This document shows positions 60,692-64,000 of a stretch of 64,000 nt of DNA, one piece after another; positions within the stretch are counted from its first letter, which is position 1, and each line of letters opens with the position of its first letter. Position numbers and translations under genes: made by a program. A model generated the notes under the pieces. It searched no databases and was not told the origin of the DNA. It saw only the letters and a list, made by a program, of their open reading frames with translations. Origin of the DNA: a virus; the IMG/VR virus record IMGVR_UViG_3300013111_000141, positions 1-64,000 of that record; one strand, written 5' to 3'.

Positions 60692-62455
60692 TTAACCTTC
60701 ACAACTACTGCAACCATCCTGACTAACAAACTCACCCCTTACACCTGTTAACAAATCTTGTCCAGATGGGGTTTCTGTATAATCAGTCATAGTATTCTGT
60801 TCTATCTTCTCCGATAATATTTCTGTACGATTCGATGTTTCTGTTCTTAAATAATATAACGACTTATTACCCAATTTCCAAGCATTATAATGGACTTCAT
60901 GTAAATATTTCTTATCAACTCCGGCGGGGAAAAACACATTAAGTGATTGTGATTGACAAATATATTTTGCACGTTGTCCCCCCAATCTAACAATATCATT
61001 TTGATCTATTTCTATTGCAGTCTTAAATACTTCTTTTTCATGATCAGATAAAAATGATAAATGTTGAACAGAACCATTATTAGAAATGATAGAATTCCAT
61101 ACATATTCAGTATCATGTCCATACCCCTTAAGTACCTTTTCTATGTATTTATTTTTAATTAAATGACTACCAACTCTAGTCCTATGAACAAATGCATTAG
61201 CCTTAATAGGTTCAATTGATGGAGATGTTGCGGCAATACTTGAACTATTAGCATTTGGAGCGATTGCTAATAAATTGGCATTCCTACGGCCAGTACCTAT
61301 CATATCTGGACATTCACCACGTTCTTCCCCTAGTATCAATGATTGTTTAACAGCCTCAGATTTAATATATGAAAAAATTTCTTCATTATATTCTGCAGCA
61401 GTCTGACTACCAAACGGAACAGACTTACTCATTAAAAAATTATGCCAACCCATTGTACCAACACCAATAGATCGTTCCTGACTAGCAGAAAAACTAGCCT
61501 TTGATATTTCATTTGGGGCATGTTCTATAAAATAAGTTAATACGTTATCTAAAAATGTAATTAAATCCGCAACTAACTTACTACCTTTCCACTCATCATA
61601 AGTTTCAAGATTCAACGAACTTAAACAACAGACAGCTGTGCGTTCTTCATTAGTCGGCAATGTGATTTCACAACAAAGATTAGAACCTCTTGAAAACAAT
61701 CCTTTATCCTTTTGTGTTTGTGGATATGCATCATTTGCTTTATCAATAAAATATATGTATGGTTCACCTGTACGATATCGTGTTTCTAATAAAGTTTCCC
61801 ATAACTCCCTAGCCATAACAGTATCAGTTGATTCACCTGTTTTTGGATCAATCAATTCCCAGACTAAATCTTGTTCAACTGACTCCATAAAACTATCAGG
61901 TACATTAACACCATGATGTAGATTAAGACACTTCCTATTAACATCACCAGTAGGTATTCTAAGTGACATAAATTCCATAATATCAGGGTGAGATATATCT
62001 AAATAAGAAGCATAAGACCCCTTTCGTGTTATACCCTGTTTATATGCAGTCATATCGGCATCTACAGTATGTAAAAATGGAATAGGACCAGGTGCTATAT
62101 CTGAAACAGAACGAACATCTGACCAATGTCCACCAACACCACCCCCCTTAACTGACAACCACCGTAATTCAGATGTATGATCTATTAATCCATCCAATGT
62201 ATCTGGTACATATCCTAAAAAACATGATATTGGTAATCCTCTTACATGTTCTTCCTTTTCTGGAGCATTTGATAAAACAGGAGATGAAAACATAAACCAA
62301 TTCTTATCTATATATGAATATATTCTAGTTGCTAACTTTTCATCATTAAAACTAAATGCATTTGAAGTCCTCTTAAATGCTTCCTCTGGGGTATCTTCAT
62401 ACTCCCTCATATAATAATCACGTAATAATTTCAACCCCTGTTCACTTATATTCAT
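60692..62455 (-). CDS. nrdA: Ribonucleotide reductase class Ia alpha subunit (no ATP cone)
   Basis: PISCF, SNLCCEI, VCCLSS, AIAPNA.SS, SLYYLR, C-terminal CSSCEG. Confidence 0.93.
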   Translation of the reverse strand: MNISEQGLKLLRDYYMREYEDTPEEAFKRTSNAFSFNDEKLATRIYSYIDKNWFMFSSPVLSNAPEKEEHVRGLPISCFLGYVPDTLDGLIDHTSELRWLSVKGGGVGGHWSDVRSVSDIAPGPIPFLHTVDADMTAYKQGITRKGSYASYLDISHPDIMEFMSLRIPTGDVNRKCLNLHHGVNVPDSFMESVEQDLVWELIDPKTGESTDTVMARELWETLLETRYRTGEPYIYFIDKANDAYPQTQKDKGLFSRGSNLCCEITLPTNEERTAVCCLSSLNLETYDEWKGSKLVADLITFLDNVLTYFIEHAPNEISKASFSASQERSIGVGTMGWHNFLMSKSVPFGSQTAAEYNEEIFSYIKSEAVKQSLILGEERGECPDMIGTGRRNANLLAIAPNANSSSIAATSPSIEPIKANAFVHRTRVGSHLIKNKYIEKVLKGYGHDTEYVWNSIISNNGSVQHLSFLSDHEKEVFKTAIEIDQNDIVRLGGQRAKYICQSQSLNVFFPAGVDKKYLHEVHYNAWKLGNKSLYYLRTETSNRTEILSEKIEQNTMTDYTETPSGQDLLTGVRGEFVSQDGCSSCEG

Positions 62456-62629
62456 ATATCATTCCTATTTTCGTATTTCGTTATAATCATTATCCATGGC
62501 ATCCCACAAGACTTCATCTTTAACTTGATGTTCCGCATTATCATATTCCAAATCCTTTATCTTATGTTTTAATTCGTCATTCTCTTTTTTTAAAAAGTCA
62601 AGTTCATCTCTAATTTCCATAAATCTCTC

Positions 62630-63649
62630 CTAACATCGTTTCCATTGATTAAGACACGCCTTCGCCGATAATCCATATTTTATGTTATTACGTATTAATG
62701 TTTGTAATTTATCCTCCGTATATCCATTAACTACCATATCGTTAATATCTTTTTCTTTAACATCTTCAGGCCATATAAATATCCCATATGAGTTATCAAC
62801 GACATTCTGCATTTTTTTTACTATTTGACTATTTCTAGGTTCATTATCATATATAAAAACTACATCCTTAAATTTTTTAAAATACTCTAAATCACAATCA
62901 CTTCCAGCCATTGCAACCGAATTATCAATAAATAATGAATCTAATGGACCCTCTAATACATATACCGTATTATCCTTTTTAACATTGTCCAATCCATATA
63001 ACTTCAAAACATCATCTTTTATTTTTATAGTTATATACCTAATAGATGAATCATTAATTGTCCTACCTTGTATTGCAACTAAATTATATTTATCATCAAA
63101 AAATGGTATCACAATTCTAGGATCATTCTTAATTAAATTATAAGAATGATTTGGTAATATAGATTTAACCAAAAGTTCAAAATCATCAGAATAATATAAC
63201 AAATCTAATTTAGTAATCTTTCTATTCTTTATATACTGTAATGCTATATGTCCTTCTTCTAGTTCAGACAATTTAATAACATTATCATAATCAAAACGTC
63301 TTCTTTTCCTATTATAAGAAAAATTCATATTATATTCAGGGTCATCGGATTTCTTTACCTTATCCGATAAACTCTTACCATACTTCCACAATTCCATAAC
63401 ATATTCATCATACAAAGGTTTATCAATCATCTTAATAAAATTCTTAAAATTCATTGATGCACCACAATTATGACACATATAAAAATAATTATTCTTTTTT
63501 AAATATAAAAACCCTCTAGATTTTGTTTTATTTTTCTTAGAGTCACCACATAATGGACATCTAAAATTGTACAAATTATCCTTTTTCTTCACAAACATAT
63601 CAAACTTATAAGACATTCTCATAATATAAGAATTATCTATATAACTCAT
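62630..63649 (-). CDS. T4 gp61-like DNA primase
   Basis: RCPLCGDS...CHNC Zn finger; EGPLDS, D.E TOPRIM, KDINDM. Confidence 0.93.
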   Translation of the reverse strand: MSYIDNSYIMRMSYKFDMFVKKKDNLYNFRCPLCGDSKKNKTKSRGFLYLKKNNYFYMCHNCGASMNFKNFIKMIDKPLYDEYVMELWKYGKSLSDKVKKSDDPEYNMNFSYNRKRRRFDYDNVIKLSELEEGHIALQYIKNRKITKLDLLYYSDDFELLVKSILPNHSYNLIKNDPRIVIPFFDDKYNLVAIQGRTINDSSIRYITIKIKDDVLKLYGLDNVKKDNTVYVLEGPLDSLFIDNSVAMAGSDCDLEYFKKFKDVVFIYDNEPRNSQIVKKMQNVVDNSYGIFIWPEDVKEKDINDMVVNGYTEDKLQTLIRNNIKYGLSAKACLNQWKRC

Positions 63650-63677
63650 ATCACCACCTCACATCATATTAAATAAA

Positions 63678-63998
63678 TTACACCTCATTATGTCTATATA
63701 ATATCATCATATTACCATAAGTATCATCCTGAATCACAACATTCTTTTTTGGGTTATTTTTAATATACTTCCTAACATCCTTTGACTCTTCTGACGACAT
63801 ATAATTCTTCCATCTCGCATACTTCTTCTTACCTTTCATCAAATTGACATATGTATCAAATTTTACAGGATATACTGCAAACCCACCAAATTTAAATGGG
63901 GGAGTTTTCCCCAACCCTGCAAAATTACTAGTCTCTCCAGATGATCCAATAGGTCCAATAGCATTTGCAAAATTCTCATCAATACATTTCTTTTCACA
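63678..63998 (-). CDS. Hypothetical protein, 5'-truncated by the window edge
   Basis: Frame stays open upstream of 63914 to the end of the window. Confidence 0.5.
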   Translation of the reverse strand, partial: CEKKCIDENFANAIGPIGSSGETSNFAGLGKTPPFKFGGFAVYPVKFDTYVNLMKGKKKYARWKNYMSSEESKDVRKYIKNNPKKNVVIQDDTYGNMMILYRHNEV

Positions 63999-64000
63999 AT

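Noticed and set aside
60692-62455. Intron or intein in nrdA, nrdB or thyX
   Set aside because: The ORFs are continuous and of compact length, with no splice motifs

Overview
This is a 64 kb, AT-rich segment of a large T4-like (myovirus/jumbo-type) phage genome, probably aquatic. Essentially all real genes lie on the minus strand and use the standard code. T4-type core genes (gp61 primase, RNase H, NrdA, Grx-NrdB, ThyX, dUTPase, Hsp20, MoxR/CobS ATPase plus VWA partner, PD-(D/E)XK exonuclease), TATAAATA late promoters and repeated sigma70 early-promoter cassettes identify it as phage. Interleaved with these is an unusually rich set of metabolic genes: lipase, an acyltransferase-esterase fusion, FadE, FadJ, FadI, isocitrate lyase, malyl-CoA lyase, PanD, Ppa, Ald, tryptophanase, a ThDP keto-acid decarboxylase, Prs, PurN, PyrD, FTR1, IscA/HesB, GST and DnaK/DnaJ. 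The most notable items are: (1) a near-complete phage-borne lipid -> beta-oxidation -> glyoxylate -> nucleotide programme; (2) a circularly permuted two-piece tmRNA whose intervening segment is a ~280-nt, stem-closed structured RNA I cannot assign; (3) a family of proteins with T4 capsid-targeting-like N-termini behind late promoters, including ART-like, RNase-like and ligase-like folds; (4) a split, order-swapped two-gene methyltransferase next to a nuclease; (5) a ROSE-type thermometer on hsp20. All calls come from motif recognition by eye; no searches were run.
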